Shown here in pieces: positions 37,161-50,550 of a stretch of 64,000 bases of DNA. Under the pieces are notes generated by a model that had not been told where the DNA came from, did not search any database, and saw only the letters and a list, made by a program, of their open reading frames with translations. Made by a program: the position numbers and the translations under genes. This stretch comes from Carcharhinus amblyrhynchos. Taxonomy: Eukaryota. Within the stretch, counting starts at the first letter, position 1. Each line of letters starts with the position of its first letter. The stretch covers positions 7,998,001-8,062,000 of the forward strand of contig CBDIYR020000003.1 of the NCBI GenBank assembly GCA_965287045.1, written 5' to 3'.

Positions 37161-40100
37161 CACAGTGATGAAAATGACTGAAATCCTCGTACAAAAACTG
37201 CCGCAGGTTTCTGGGTCACAGCTGCTGTCTGCTGGGTGCCGTTTATAACAGCGGGTCTGACATTGACACGTGAATGTATTCCCGTGAACACAAACCCCGA
37301 GAACAACCCACATAAACACCATTCAAAACCGTTCACATCGAAGGCAGATTCCTGCTGATTCTTAGATTCGCTGTACGAGGGAAGAATTGGCTGCTCTTTA
37401 TTTGGGGGTCACTTGGCACTAACATTGAAAATACAAGCGAAGTGTCATTCAATAGTGTAAACTGAAACCTGCCAGCAGAGGCAAATCCCAACAACTAACC
37501 GTAACTAAACTCCTCTCATTTAAATTCACTTATAAACTGAGAATTATTAACATGAGGAGTAGAAAAGGATTGTTCCAGTCACGATTAGGAGCTGATAAAC
37601 GATGAATAGAATTAATGATTTCAAGCGGAAGAATTGGTATGGCCTCAGCAGTGGAACAGATGATATGAAAACAGGCTAAATACAGTCACCAGTTTCTGAG
37701 TGAAAAACTGCTTCCTCTTCACTGGAGGTCGGAGAGTTTCCTGTTTAATTCAATTAAAGTATTTCTTATCGCAGGGAGGAATTCAATGGGAGGGAAGAGA
37801 ACCGACAACCAGAAGCCCAAGGATCCAATATTTTCCACTCAATCATCAATAACACCATTCCCAGCTGCAACTCCTTCCAAATATTGTGATCCGTTTCCCT
37901 GAGGATCTGCCCCAAGATTTAATATTTCTCTTCTTTTCTCTTCATTTTGAAATTCGCTTCAATACCCAACATAAATTGAATTGCAAACCTGAGGGTTAAC
38001 CGTGGGAAACAAGTCTCTGGGTAAAACAGATGCTCATTTCCAGATTCACAGCACTCAGCGTTTCACGCAAATGAAGGAATTTAACACCGAAAAGTTTTGG
38101 AAACTTGGTGTGAAGATTGATTGTGACTTACTCAGGTATTGTGTAAATGTTGCTCGATGGTTCGGTGAGAGGGATATAATCTATGTACGTTTTGCTGAGC
38201 TTGTGTTCGGTGTACTGGGAGGCTTCAACCGGGTTGAATTTTGTGTCCCAGAGATGTGCAGTAATCCACTGATTGAAGCTGCAGTCGCGGGGAACGTAGA
38301 CAGGAAAACAGAATTAAATGGTTTTATTTATCCGGGATTCCTTTTTTCAATATTCCACTTCCTCATTCTTTGGCCATTAGTTTATTTTTCTAATGTGATT
38401 TTCAAAGGCTAGCCGCTGTTAAGTCCTGGACACTAAGCAACTGATCTCCGCAATTATCATTACAGCTTTTCTTCCTTTACTTTCCTTGAACAGGCTGTGT
38501 CAGAAAGCAAGACAGATACAGCTGCTGCTTGGGAGCTCAAAAGCGACTGGAGTCTACGCTGGAGATGTCTATGCAAGAGTGTCAGGTAATTGTTCCATCC
38601 TATGTTGGTGAGTGTTTATCACAGATGGATATGAATAGTGGGTCGATGAACAGAGTTCTCTGATCGATTGCCCTGGACTGTGAAAGAGTGCTGTAATAAA
38701 TGAGGAATGGCATGCCATGACATGGATAGAGGCATGAGATAAGTCAACAGTACATGAGAAACTGCTCAGTTTTGTTTCATCATTGAGTACAGGCAGACAC
38801 TTAGCTTATGCATCAAGAGGAAGCTCGCTGATTTGTGCAGGTACATTGTGCAACATTTCTTGACATTCAGCTATTTAAATTTTACAATTTCATAACTTTT
38901 CTTGTTTTGCCATTAACTGCTTTCTTTTCCCCCCTGTTGCCTTGTCTATTCATTGTTGCCTCTTTATTTGATGTCATTTCCTATTTTTGTTCGCCTTATT
39001 CTCTTCAGAATCTCCAGATTCCCTATATAGCAGGTTCCTTGGTAACAGTGAGCAGTTTTCAGCTTGTGTGCGTGTATCCTTGAGTTTCATTAGGTTTTAG
39101 TTTTTCATTCTGTGTGTCCGTATAAATTTCTGGCATTCAGGCTTTGTTTTTAAGGCCGGATTATTTCATGAGGATAGACAAGAGAGACAAGGTTTATATC
39201 CACTGGAATTCAGAATAAGAGTAGGCTACTTGATTGATATGTATAAAATACAAAAGGGTCTTCACAAGGTGGATGTGAAGAGGATCGTTCCTCTTCTGGG
39301 TGAATCTAAAACTAGGTATCACTGTTTCAAAATAGGGAATCGTCCATTAAAAATAGCACTGCACCAAAGCCTCCTCTACTGTGTGTCTGTATTTATAAAT
39401 ACTCATCTGCAGCAATGTCCTTCCTTGGTGTGTCTCTGTATCATTCACTCCTCTCAGGCCACATTCATCTTTGTCCCTCAGCTGGATTGTTTCTGTATCA
39501 TTCCGCTTAAACTCACTCTTGCCGATGTCAATGTCTTTTATAGCTCTCAAAGTGTATAGGTGCATTGGGTGATATAGAAAGTGTAACAGCTCAGGGAGTA
39601 AGGACATACTTGCTTGCATAGCACAGTTGATCAAACGTTTAAACGTGGAGAGTTAGCGAGCACTGAGCCGATGCTCTGCTGAGGTCTCATTCAGCCACCT
39701 AGTCTTTGAAATTTCTTAAACATTAACCAGAGGGACCAGACAGTGACAGGCTGATCCACTGAAGGATTATTAAAACAGCTCCACGGCTAAATGTCTCAGA
39801 TGTTGCAGCTTTGAATACAGGAAGCCATTGAGCTGATGCACAGACTGGGCCGCACTCACCTGCACAGGCACATTGCTCAAGTTTTTAACAGCACAGGGAT
39901 AGGAAAACATACCTTTCAAGTTATCACCAGTTTACACTTGTATATTGCTCACACCTACCTTACAGTCACATTCTTTGACCTGCTGCATTATTTTGATCGC
40001 TGCTTGTTTCTCGGTTCTCAGATTGAACTCTTTCTAGACATAGATTTCTTCCCACCTGTTCTATCTTGTGTTCACTCCCTCAACCTCATCTTCATCACTC

Positions 40101-40581
40101 CCTGTGTCAGCCGGAGATATCCCCTACCGCCCGCCCCCTTTTCTATCGTCCCATTGCCGGTTTAAATCTCACAGCTCCGGAATCCAGGCAGCTTTGAAAC
40201 ATTTTTAAGTCTGAGGAACCTTTATTTGGTGAAACTGATCTTCCCAGGCAAGCCTGGATTGAAACAAATAACAATGGGAAACGAAACACAAACTCTTTAA
40301 CTGGTATCTGCTCTCTCTCTCTCTCTTTCGCTGATTAACCTTTCAGTCTGATGGGATTCTGCTGTGTGTTGTCTCAGCCGATCCTGGATTGAATTGGGTG
40401 ACAGTTTGATCCGAGGTTAATGTGGTTTCCTCTGGGTGTGTGTCTGAGCGGCTGACAGCGCCGCTGCTCAATCTGACTGTTACTTTCTGCGATTGTACAC
40501 ACAAACCTCAACAGACTGGAGCACCCAATGATAGCTGCAAAGCAGTTTTTGTACGGGGTGAGACTGTTTTCTATCACTGTG

Positions 40582-41152
40582 AGCCTGAAAGCGCAGTAAT
40601 AGCGGCCAGCGTCAGTCAGCTGCAGGCTCGAGATGGTTAAAGTAGTTAATTTAGCCGAGGCCTGGAGATCAGCAGAGAAACGGGGTCCAAAACCTTTCCC
40701 TCTGGCTTCATCTTCTGTATTCAAGGATATTTTCCATATAATGAACTGCAAATCCTTCTGTAGCTGCTGTCTGTACCAATATAAGACATATTGACTTTCT
40801 GCAGTGCTATAGGTACATTGAATAGTCACCGTTTCACCTTCTCTCCGCTCTAAAGACTGCGGCTGAGAAACAGAATCTCCATCACTCGGATCTGTAAGTG
40901 TTCAAGAAGAGAAAAAAAGAATGATGTGTTGGATGTGCTGCTGAAATGATATTAACACTTTACAGTCCAAGCGACAGAACTGGAGTTATGAAATAAAAAT
41001 AAATAAAGGCGGAATTACTCAGCATCGACAGGAAACATCACTGGAGAGATGCAGAGTTAATGTTTTAGATCCAGATAACATTTAACCATATTGGAATCAT
41101 GCTTACAGACGAGAAACAGCCCGAACACAATGCAGACAGTGAGGAATTCCAT
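40582..41152 (-). CDS. TRAV: TCR alpha/delta V segment (V15)
   Basis: Leader 41152-41107 (GCCGCCATGG context; MEFLTVCIVFGLFLV). V exon 40891-40582 (..IQC..LYWYRQQ..DAGRYYCAFRL). RSS CACAGTG 40581-40575 / 22 / ACAAAAACT 40552-40544. Confidence 0.93.
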
Positions 41153-41417
41153 GGCGGCTGCAGAGCCCGGGGCTGTGACTACCTTTAAAACTCCAAGCAC
41201 TGCCGGAACAGAATCTGTTTTTACAGTCACTTTCTGATCTCAATGTTCCCGTCCAATCAAACAATCTGAAATCTACCCGTCATAGATTGAGATAAGATTT
41301 CAATGAGTTTCAGTGATGGGCTGAAGTTTTTTAGCAACTGTATTAAATGTCTGAAAGTGGAGGTAGTCACTGAGTGAGTACAGTGTGTGGTGTGAAGGAA
41401 GAATCAGCTTTGCTGAC

Positions 41418-42372
41418 AAGATATAGGAGCAGAGTTAGGCCATTCGGCCCATCCTGTCCATTGCACCATTCAATCATGGCCGAAATGTTTAGAATCCCTA
41501 CAGAATCATCGCATCTCTACAGTTCACAAGGAGGCCATTCGGCCCATCGAGTCTGAACCTTCCTCAATCCTGAACCGAGCACGACAAAGATGTTCGGGTT
41601 AGGTTGATTGGCCACGCTAAATTACCCCTTCATGTCAGAAGGATTAAGAGCTAAATATGTGGGGTTATGGGGCTAGCACAGGACCTGGGTGGGATTGATG
41701 CCGGTGCAGGCTCGATGGGCCAAATGTCCTCCTTCTGCACTGTAGGGATTCTATCCAATGATTCAACCCCACCCAGGCTCTATCCCAGTAGCGCCACATA
41801 TTTACTCTGCTAACTCCCTGTCGCTAGGGTCAACTTGTCACGGCCAACCAACCTAACCCGCATATCTTCGGACTGTGAGAGGAAACAGGATCACCTGGAG
41901 GGAACTCACGCAGACACGGGCAGTCTCCTCACAGAAAGTCACCCAAGACTGAAATTGAACCCGGGTCCCTGGCGCTATGAGGCAGCGATGTTAATCACTG
42001 TGCCACAGTGACGCCCCTGTGGGGTTTCTCAACTCCATTCTCCCACCCCTTCACCATAAACTTTGATCCCTTCACCAATCAGGAACCTATCTATCTCTGT
42101 CTTGAATAAACTCAATGACCGAGCCTCCCCAGCTTTCTGAGGCAAGGATTTCCACAGATTCACCACCCTCTGGCTGAAGAAATTCCTCCATATCTAGATT
42201 CAAACGGGCCGTCATTTTACTCTGAGGCTGTGCGCTCGGATCCTTGTCTCTCTTACTAATGGAAACAGCTTCCTCGCACCCACTCTATCCAGGCCTTTCA
42301 GTATTCTGTAAGTTTCAAAGAGATCCCTCTTCATCCCTCTAATCTCCTTCGAATACAAACCCAGAGTCCTCG
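41418..42372 (-). mobile_element. CR1 3' end with nested SINEs in both orientations
   Basis: CR1 tail (ataggagcagagttaggccattcggccc) split by a minus SINE (~41490-42015) that itself contains a plus SINE fragment (~41585-41755). Confidence 0.75.
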
Positions 42373-42863
42373 GATGGCTGCGCTTTTATTTGATCGGTTC
42401 AAATCTCTCACGTTGAATGTTTTTGTTTTTTTTATGATGGATTCTCAAGAACATTAATCTCATTGTCATGTGCATGACCTGTTCACACTGAACCCTTCTT
42501 TCTGAACAATAGATTTCCTAGTGTTGTGACTGTAAATAAACCAATATGTGGATTGTACGACAGCGGATTTCGATGCAGATCCCCTGAGAGAAACAAATGC
42601 AGCAACAAAGAAACATACAAGCTAAGAAATGGAGATAAACGAATGGAAAGGCAGTGATTGAGTCAAAGGCCGATATCGTGATAGACGGAGAGAAATAAGT
42701 AGAAAGGAACAGGTGGAGATGCAGAGAGATAAACACAAGGAAAGGAAATGACAGAAATGAGGCAGTGACAGGGAGATAAATAGTAGGCCGACATTGAGAT
42801 AAATAAGGGAGAGACGGGGCAGCAAGGGAAACGGATGAACATACGGTGAATCAAACGGGACAG

Positions 42864-43165
42864 AGCGGCACCGTGGCGCATTGGTCAGCACTGATGCATC
42901 ACAGCGGCAGCGAGCCGGGCTCAATCTGAGCCTCGGATCACTGCCGGTGTGGAGTCTGCACCTTCTCCCCGTGTCTGCGTGGTTTTCTCCGGGTGCTCCG
43001 GTTTCCTCCCACAGTCTAAAAACGTACTGGTTAGATGCATTGGCCATGCTAAATTCTCCCTCAGTACACCAGGTACCAGAGTGTGGCGACGAGGACATTT
43101 TCACAGTAACTTCATTGCAGTGTTAATGTAAGCACACTTGTGACAGTAAGTAAATAAAGTATAAA
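42864..43165 (+). mobile_element. SINE (second subfamily, gtaacttcattgcagtgttaatgtaagc tail)
   Basis: tRNA-like head plus a distinct tail also seen at 43650-43935 (-) and 63455-63700 (-). Confidence 0.8.
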
Positions 43166-43649
43166 CAAGACGGGAACATTTGCAGATCTGTAGACATACT
43201 ACAGAGGGAGACAAAGAGAGGCAAAAGAACAGGCGGCAACAGAAACAGAGCTAAACAATTGAGTACAATTTGAAAATCAATAGCCTAATTCCAATCAGGA
43301 ATTCCAGAAAGGGAAAGAAAAATAACATAATTGAGAACGTGATACTAACAAGATTTCCGAGAGCCTCTTGATACCCTGAGGACCAAACCAGTGGCACATC
43401 AGAATGTGATCCTTCCCGTACCCTCTGCAGCAAACAAACAAAGTTAAAAAGTCTGACAACACCAGGTTTTAGTCCAACCGATTTATTTGATAGTAAACTC
43501 ACTAGCTTTCGAGGTTTCCCTCTCCGTCAAAGGCAGCGAGGCAGCGCCATCTGGCGGCGATCTGGGCTAAAGTGTTATTTGCTGAAACAACACCAAATTA
43601 TCAGACTACAAAAGGACTTTACTGCATTAGTTTTAACTTTAATTTGATG

Positions 43650-43935
43650 TATTAGTTTCACAAGTCGGCTTACATCAACACTGAATTAAGGTACTGTGAA
43701 AATCCCCCAGTCGCCTCATTCGGTTGCCTGTTCGGGTACACGAAGGGAAAATTTAGCATGGCCAATGCATCTAACCTGCACGTGTTTTGGACTGTGGGAG
43801 GAAACCGGAGCATCCGGAGGGAACACACGCAGACAAGCGGAGAATGTGCAGAAACCACACAGACAGTGACCCAAGCCAGGAATCAAAATCGAGTCCCCAG
43901 CGCTATGAGGCAGCAGTGCTAACCACTGTGCTACT
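43650..43935 (-). mobile_element. SINE (second subfamily)
   Basis: Reverse complement of the 42864-43165 element type. Confidence 0.8.
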
Positions 43936-44708
43936 ATGTTGGATTATTCTTGTTAATACTTTTACTGTTGCAATGTAATTTAGCGCAGTTGAAACTATAC
44001 ACGAGAGAAAACCTTAACTTTATTTTAGTTGCTGGCGATTTGTGTTATTGAATTAATAGTGGTTATAAAAGCTCGTTTTAAATAGTATGAAACCATCAAG
44101 ATTCTGATTAAATGCCTCTCCAAAATAACAACACAAGATGTAAATATGAATCTGGAGTCACAATCATTCCTTATGTTATTTACTTATTTGAATTTAAAGC
44201 TTTCCATCATAATATTTCTCCTCAAGTTCTGGTTATTAACTTTAACTACTATTGCTGCTCCAATATAATGAATCATTTGGTGGACTCGTTGAAACGGAAG
44301 AGTGGGAGAAATCAGATGTCTGACCCCCTGAACTTTAGGGAAAATGGGAGAAAGAGAAGAACGTTGTGCAAGTGTGAAGACAGAGACGATCAGAAATCAG
44401 GCAAAGGAAGATAGACGCACAGAGGCGGAATGACAGAGCGAGAAAGACAGACCCCAAACGAAGAGACAACAGGGAAACCCGAGAAATTCAGGGAGAAAGA
44501 GAAACTCAGAACTTATCAGTCCAGAGCTGAGAGTGATTGGTGCCCGACGCTCATTGGTTCAGAGAGAGAACCAATCCTGTCGCTGGGAAACGCCCCTTAA
44601 TTTCGGAGTAGGTGACGTTTCCGCTGATATGCATTTCCGCTTTAACATCAGAAGTGTCAACATATTTCAAATATTGTCTAATTTGTGCCGAATCCTGAAC
44701 CAGACACC

Positions 44709-45251
44709 ATGTGCTCCTCATTTTGGTTACTGATAATAATGGTCTTGCTGCCCGGTGAGTCAATAAGTTCTGACAAAGCGTCATCTTGACTCGAAACGTT
44801 ATCTCTGTTCTCCCTCTCACACGTGCTGTCAGACCTGCTGAAAATTTGCAGCATTTTCTTTCTTGAGCCAATGTTTAAACGAGCAGTGTCTATTCCATGG
44901 ACTATGTTCGCTCCCAGATATTGAATAACTTCTGTGTTTTGTTACAGGGACAAATGCTGAAGATTCAGTGTCGCAAGATCGATCTGAATTAAGAATTATG
45001 GAAGGACAGAACATAACCTTGGAGTGTAGATACTCAACAACTGGTTCTTGGAACCTGTTCTGGTATATCCAATATCCCAGGGCAGCTCCGAGATATTTGA
45101 TGAAGATATATAGCTCGGGCAATACCAATAAGTCTCCGGATTTCCCAGATAGATTCTCGGCTGCTTTACACAAAGGAAACAACACTGTTCCTTTAAATAT
45201 TGCCAGCATTCTTCTGTCTGACACCGCCGTGTATTTCTGTGCCATGGAGCA
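44709..45251 (+). CDS. TRAV: TCR alpha/delta V segment (V16)
   Basis: Leader 44709-44754 (MCSSFWLLIIMVLLP). V exon 44948-45251 (..LEC..LFWYIQYP..DTAVYFCAMEH). RSS CACACTG 45252-45258 / 24 / GCAAAAACC 45283-45291. Confidence 0.93.
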
Positions 45252-45316
45252 CACACTGGTGCAGAGATATAGCGAGTCCCGAGCAAAAACCCCAGACTGG
45301 GAGTTCTAGTTCGTGG

Positions 45317-45331
45317 TCCGCAGAGGGCGCT
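45317..45331 (+). promoter_or_regulatory. CTCF-like motif 25 bp downstream of the V16 RSS
   Basis: TCCGCAGAGGGCGCT versus CTCF core CCASYAGRKGGCRS. Confidence 0.6.
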
Positions 45332-46177
45332 CTCACACTGATAAACAGAAACAGCAATTCAGCCTCAATAGTGAATATCACCGGATCATAAACAAAATAT
45401 CAAAACAAAACACAACACTGAACATTAACAGCTGAGCCGCAGTTGGTTTTTAGCTTATAACAATGCTAAAAATGCATTTATGGTTAGTTAACTCATCCTT
45501 AGTCTTTTGCTAATATTTCCTTCCATGAGTGAATTATTCCCCACCTTCACTCTCTGTTTCGCGGTCGGTTTGATCAAATGGTCTATTTGATCAAGAGTGT
45601 TTTGCTCGCTAAGTCATCAGTTATGTAACATACACATGTCACAAAGTTGACATCGAATCATTTAAAACAATCGCTGAGAACAAGGCACCATCAAAGCTCA
45701 TTCATATTTTGAACGGATGTCAAATGTTTTCTGACACATTTCGCAACTTTACAATACCCGGAACCAGTAACATCAATCCCACCCCTGTCCCTAACAATAT
45801 AGCGATATTCCTAACAAGCACACTGAATATAACTCAGTTTAGAATGCTTCTGTTCACTGAAAACCACGTTTCCACTCACAGGACTAAAAACACGACAGGA
45901 AACACATGTAAGTGAGGTGAGAAGATTCTATCACATTGTAACAGATTAATGAGAGTGCGGATTGGAACGAAATGTTTCTGGCTTCAATGTCCCTTTCACA
46001 GAGCGGCCAGTGACAACGTTGTAGGGCAGTAACTGTGTTCTATGGGGGTGGGGAGGGGGTGTGGAGGATTTCGGGCAGGTAATTGTGAAATAAACACGTT
46101 TAATCTAATTTCCAAATCTTGTTAAGAGTTTAAAAACAATCCAATATTATTGATTCCGATTTGAATCCGCATTTCGG

Positions 46178-46300
46178 ATCTGAGTCTTAAAAATTCTGTC
46201 ACTCAGTTAGTGTCCTCAAATCACAAGACAGAAGAAGTTTCTTTTAAGTTTCACCGATGATATTACATGGAGTGATTTTGTTTTATTCTGACATTGTCTA
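46178..46300 (+). pseudogene. V relic (V3/V13-like FR1)
   Basis: DLSLKNSVTQLVSSNHKTE.. with stops, LF* where LFW is expected, acceptor mutated (ttcgg), and a donor-like caggtaatt at ~46076. Confidence 0.6.
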
Positions 46301-47317
46301 ATCTAAATCCTGCTGAACTCAAAGGAAGTCTTGCTCGTGTCTGCAGACAATCGGTGAGATTAATAGCAACGACAGCACCATTCAGGCAGTCAAACAATTC
46401 TCCATTTCTATATGGAGAAATTGGACTTTGAAGAGTTAATCAGAAGGACTCAGGCACGGAGTTTATGATGAATCATAGAATCATAGAAATAGAATCCTTA
46501 CCGTCCAGAAGTCAGACATGCCGTTCATCAAGTCTGCACACAATCGCACCCAGGCCCTATACCATAACTCCACGCTCTGCTAATCCCCTGACACGAAGGT
46601 CAATTTAGCATGACCAATCAAAATAACCCGCACATTTTTGGAAAGGAAACAGTCCCATTCGTGCACTCTGTATTATCTCCGGGAGCTCCTGTCTGCTGGC
46701 TTCTCAATTTTGTTAATCATTTCTTGAAGTTACAAAGCCAATGTGTAGAGCGGGAGAGGCTAAGTAAGAATCAATCTCCATGCTCGCCCCCAACGTCAGT
46801 TCAAATTCAAATTGAATCCAATTGATGATCCCCATAAGAGACATGTACAAGATCCAAGCTGATAAGAAAAGGCATTGCACCTGAGCTTGGGTTTCATCTG
46901 ACGCTTAATATTTACCAAAAGCCCGAGAAGTCTGCTGAGGTTAGTGCAGAGTCGTGGACAGCTGCAGCCACAATGAGGACGGGCGCTGTCAGCTGCTGAA
47001 ATATACAGCAAGACGAAACCACCCCAACATTGCATTAAACCCTCACGCATCTGTTTTCTGCAGCGGCCAAGGTAACAGGCTGCAGGATATGATCAGACGG
47101 ACAGTTCCATCATCAAATCAGCCTGAATCAGCACCTTCAGGAGAATTGGGGGAGGGGGGGAGTGGAAATATTAGGTTCAGCAGAGTAAGAATGGAGGGAG
47201 AGTGTGAGTATGATGGAGATTTACAGCTTTTGGGGAATGAGAGAGGAAAATAGAATTGTTAGTTCTGAATTTCTATCCTGTACTGATTGTGATGGCATTT
47301 GTAAACTACATTTACAG

Positions 47318-48298
47318 GACATTGTGACGGGAGACAGAAATCTCAGATCTGACATTCTAGATTTGACAGAGTCATCTGATTCCTTGGGACATGAATATAA
47401 TTGGTCTTTGAATTTAGAAGGAGAAATATTCACCCAGTCTCGCCCAAGTGAGAGTGTTCCAGTGCACTAACTGTGGAAAGAATATTAACCAATTACAGAG
47501 GCTGAAAAACCATCACGCCATTCATAACGGGACAGACTGCACATGTGTTTGTTGTTTGGATGAGGCTTCAACTGTTAAACTGGCATGGAGTGATACAGTG
47601 AGACCTAAAACATGAAGAAATCATGGAAATGTGGGGACTGTGAGAAGACATTCCAAGCTCCAGCAGAGCTGGAAAACCATTGGCGCATTCACACTGGAGA
47701 GAGGCCATTCATCTGCTTTCAGTGTGGGAAGGGATTCACTCAGTCAAGCACCCTGCAGAGACACTAGCAACTTAACACTGGGGAGAGGCTATTCATCTGC
47801 TCTGAGTGTGGGAAGGGATTCACTCAGTCATCCCACCTGTTGAGACACAAGCAAGTTCGCACTGGGGAGATGCCATTCATCTGCTCTCAGTGTGGGAAAG
47901 GATTCAGTAATTCATTCAACCTTCAGACACACCAGCGGGTTCACACTGGGGAGAGACCATTCACCTGTTCTCAATGTAGGAAGGGATTCAGTGATTTGTC
48001 CAACCTGCAGACACACCAGCGAATTCACACTGGGGAGAGACCATTCACCTGCTCTCAGTGTGGGAAGGGATTCACTCAGTTATGCAACCTATTAAGACAC
48101 AAGCGAGTTCACACTGGAGAGAGACCATTCACCTGCTCTCATTGTGGGAAAGGATTCCGTGATTCTTCCGCCATGCAGATCCACCAGCGATTTCACACTG
48201 GGGAGAGACCGTTTACCTGCTCTGACTGTGGGAAGGGATTCACTCTGTCATCCCACCTGTTGGGACACCAGCGAATTCACACCAGGGAGTGGCCCTAG
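47318..48298 (+). pseudogene. C2H2 zinc-finger gene, probably a pseudogene (8 fingers, last 5 intact), 3' end cut by a CR1 insertion
   Basis: Fingers start at ~47624. In-frame TAG at ~47765 in finger 2. ORF 47840-48298 has five CxxC..HxxxH fingers with TGERP linkers. Confidence 0.85.
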
Positions 48299-49420
48299 GC
48301 CTCCACGTCCTTCCGGTAGTGCGGCGACCAGACCTGGACGCAGTACTCCAAATGTGGTCTAACCAACATTCCATACAACTGCAGCATTAGATGCCAGCTT
48401 TTATACTCTATACCCCATCCTATAAAGGTAAGCATACCATATGCCTTCTTCACCACCTTCTCCACCTGAACTGCCACCTTCAAGGACTTGTGAACTTGCA
48501 CACCCAGGTCACTCTGTTTTTCTATACTCTTAATGGTCCTACCATTTATTGTATAACTCCCCCTACATTATTTCTTCCAAAATGCATCACGTCGCATTTA
48601 ACTAGATTAAATTCCATCTGCCATTTCTCTGTCCAATTTACCAGCCTATCTATATCATGCTGTATTGTCTGACACTGTTCATCACAATCAGCCAGTCCAG
48701 CCATCTTCGTGTCATCCGCAAGCTTGTTGATCACACCAGTTACTCCTTCTTCCAAATCATAAATATATCACAAATAGCAGAGGTCCCAGTACGGAGCCCT
48801 GCGGAACATCACTAGGCACAGGCCTCCAGCAAGAAAAAGACCCTTCCACTGCTACTCTCTGTCTCCTGTGATCAAGCCAGTTCTCAACCCATCTAGCCAC
48901 CTATCCTCGTATCCCATGAGCCTCACCCTTTTTCACCAACTTGCCATGAGGGACTTCGCCAAACGCCCTACTGAAATCCATATAGACGACATCCACAGCA
49001 CTTCCTTCATCAACCGTTTTTGTCACTTCCTCAAAAAATTCCACCAGATTTGTAAGGCACGACCTCCCTCTTACAAAACCATGCTGCCTGTCACTAATGA
49101 GATTGTTCTGTTTTAAATGCGCATACATCCTATCTCTAAGAATCCCCTCCAACAACTTCCCTACCACTGACGTCAAGCTCACCGGCCTTTAATTACCCGG
49201 GTTATCCCTGCTACCCTTTTTAAATAACGATACCACATTCGCTATCTTCCAATCCTCTGGGACCTCACCTGTGTCTAAAGAAGAGGCAAAGATTTCCGTT
49301 AGATGCCCAGCAATTTCATCTTTTGTCTCCCTGAGTAATCTAGGATAAATGCCATCAGGCCCCGGGGATTTGTCAGTGTTAATGTTCCCTAAAAAAACTA
49401 ACATTTCCTCCCTTGTAATG
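48297..49420 (-). mobile_element. CR1 LINE reverse-transcriptase fragment
   Basis: Minus ORFs KSPGPDGIYPRLLRE, SLTSVVGKLLEGILRD..QHGF..SCLTNL..DFS.AF, GVPQGSVLGP region, KLADDTK, RPHLEYCVQ.W; stops and deletions. Confidence 0.95.
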
Positions 49421-50550
49421 GCGATTACAGAAGGAGTTAGATATAACTCGTGGGGCTAAAAGGATATGGGGGGAAGGCGATTTGACTTGGATATCAGCTA
49501 TGTCGGACAGAATTGTGGAGCAGACTCGAAGGGCCGAATGACTTTCGACTGCTCCTATTTACTGTGTAACAAAAGCACTGCCAAAATGTGGGAAGATAAA
49601 CAAGATTGCCAGTAGAGTTATAATAAAAACTGAAAATGCTGCGTAAACTAATCAGGTCTGGGAGCATCTGTGGAGAGAAACAGAGTTAACGTTTCGTATC
49701 TAAATGACCCTTTTACAGAACTTGCGTTTTGTTCGAGGTAGAGTCAACTAGAGAGCAGGGGAAAATCTTCTTGGATCAATGCATAGAATGCTCACCCATG
49801 AGAACGTCTCCACATATTGAATTAGATCCCTTGCAGTCCCCTTCATGAAATCAGGGATGTAAGTGAAATTATTTAATTTTTGGCAATGCAAAAGAGGAAT
49901 TTTAAAGCACAAATTGTTCGCCTGAAAACCTGAAATAAAGGAAAGATTCCAAAGCAGCAAAACTTCACAATACATATTTAACATTGAAAGTTTATAAAGC
50001 AGTGAATGCTGTATAATTGAATAATGGTGCATGCAGTACATTCAACATACCAATATATATGAAGTGAGTGTGAGTTGAATTCGTGCGGAATATTTTTGGG
50101 TTTTGGATATGCGTGTGTTGGCAAGATGCAATTTATCGGTTATCCTTATTTACCCTATAAAACTAAATATCCTGCTGGGGCATTGTATCAAATATTTAAT
50201 AAGAGCCATGTGTCCATCGGGTTGAAGTCTCCCTCTCGGGATTTTGTTTTGAAATAAGTGAGGAAACACCAGCGAGAACAACATCCCGGGAATTAATTAA
50301 CATGCCTTGTATTTTCATCCAATCAAACTTGCTCTCCCTCTTTCCTTTCATATGCTAATTCATTTCAGAGGCGGCTATTGGATGCTGCTGATTTGTTTAA
50401 ACCGGCACATTCGATTTCTCATTGGCAAATATTACTGCGACCTTCTCAGTATAAGATACAAGACACTCCATCGGCTTCCCTGCAAAGCAGAGAATCTTGG
50501 TAGTCAAATCAAATTGGAGAGATATATTGTGACTGGGATTGCTTGATATC

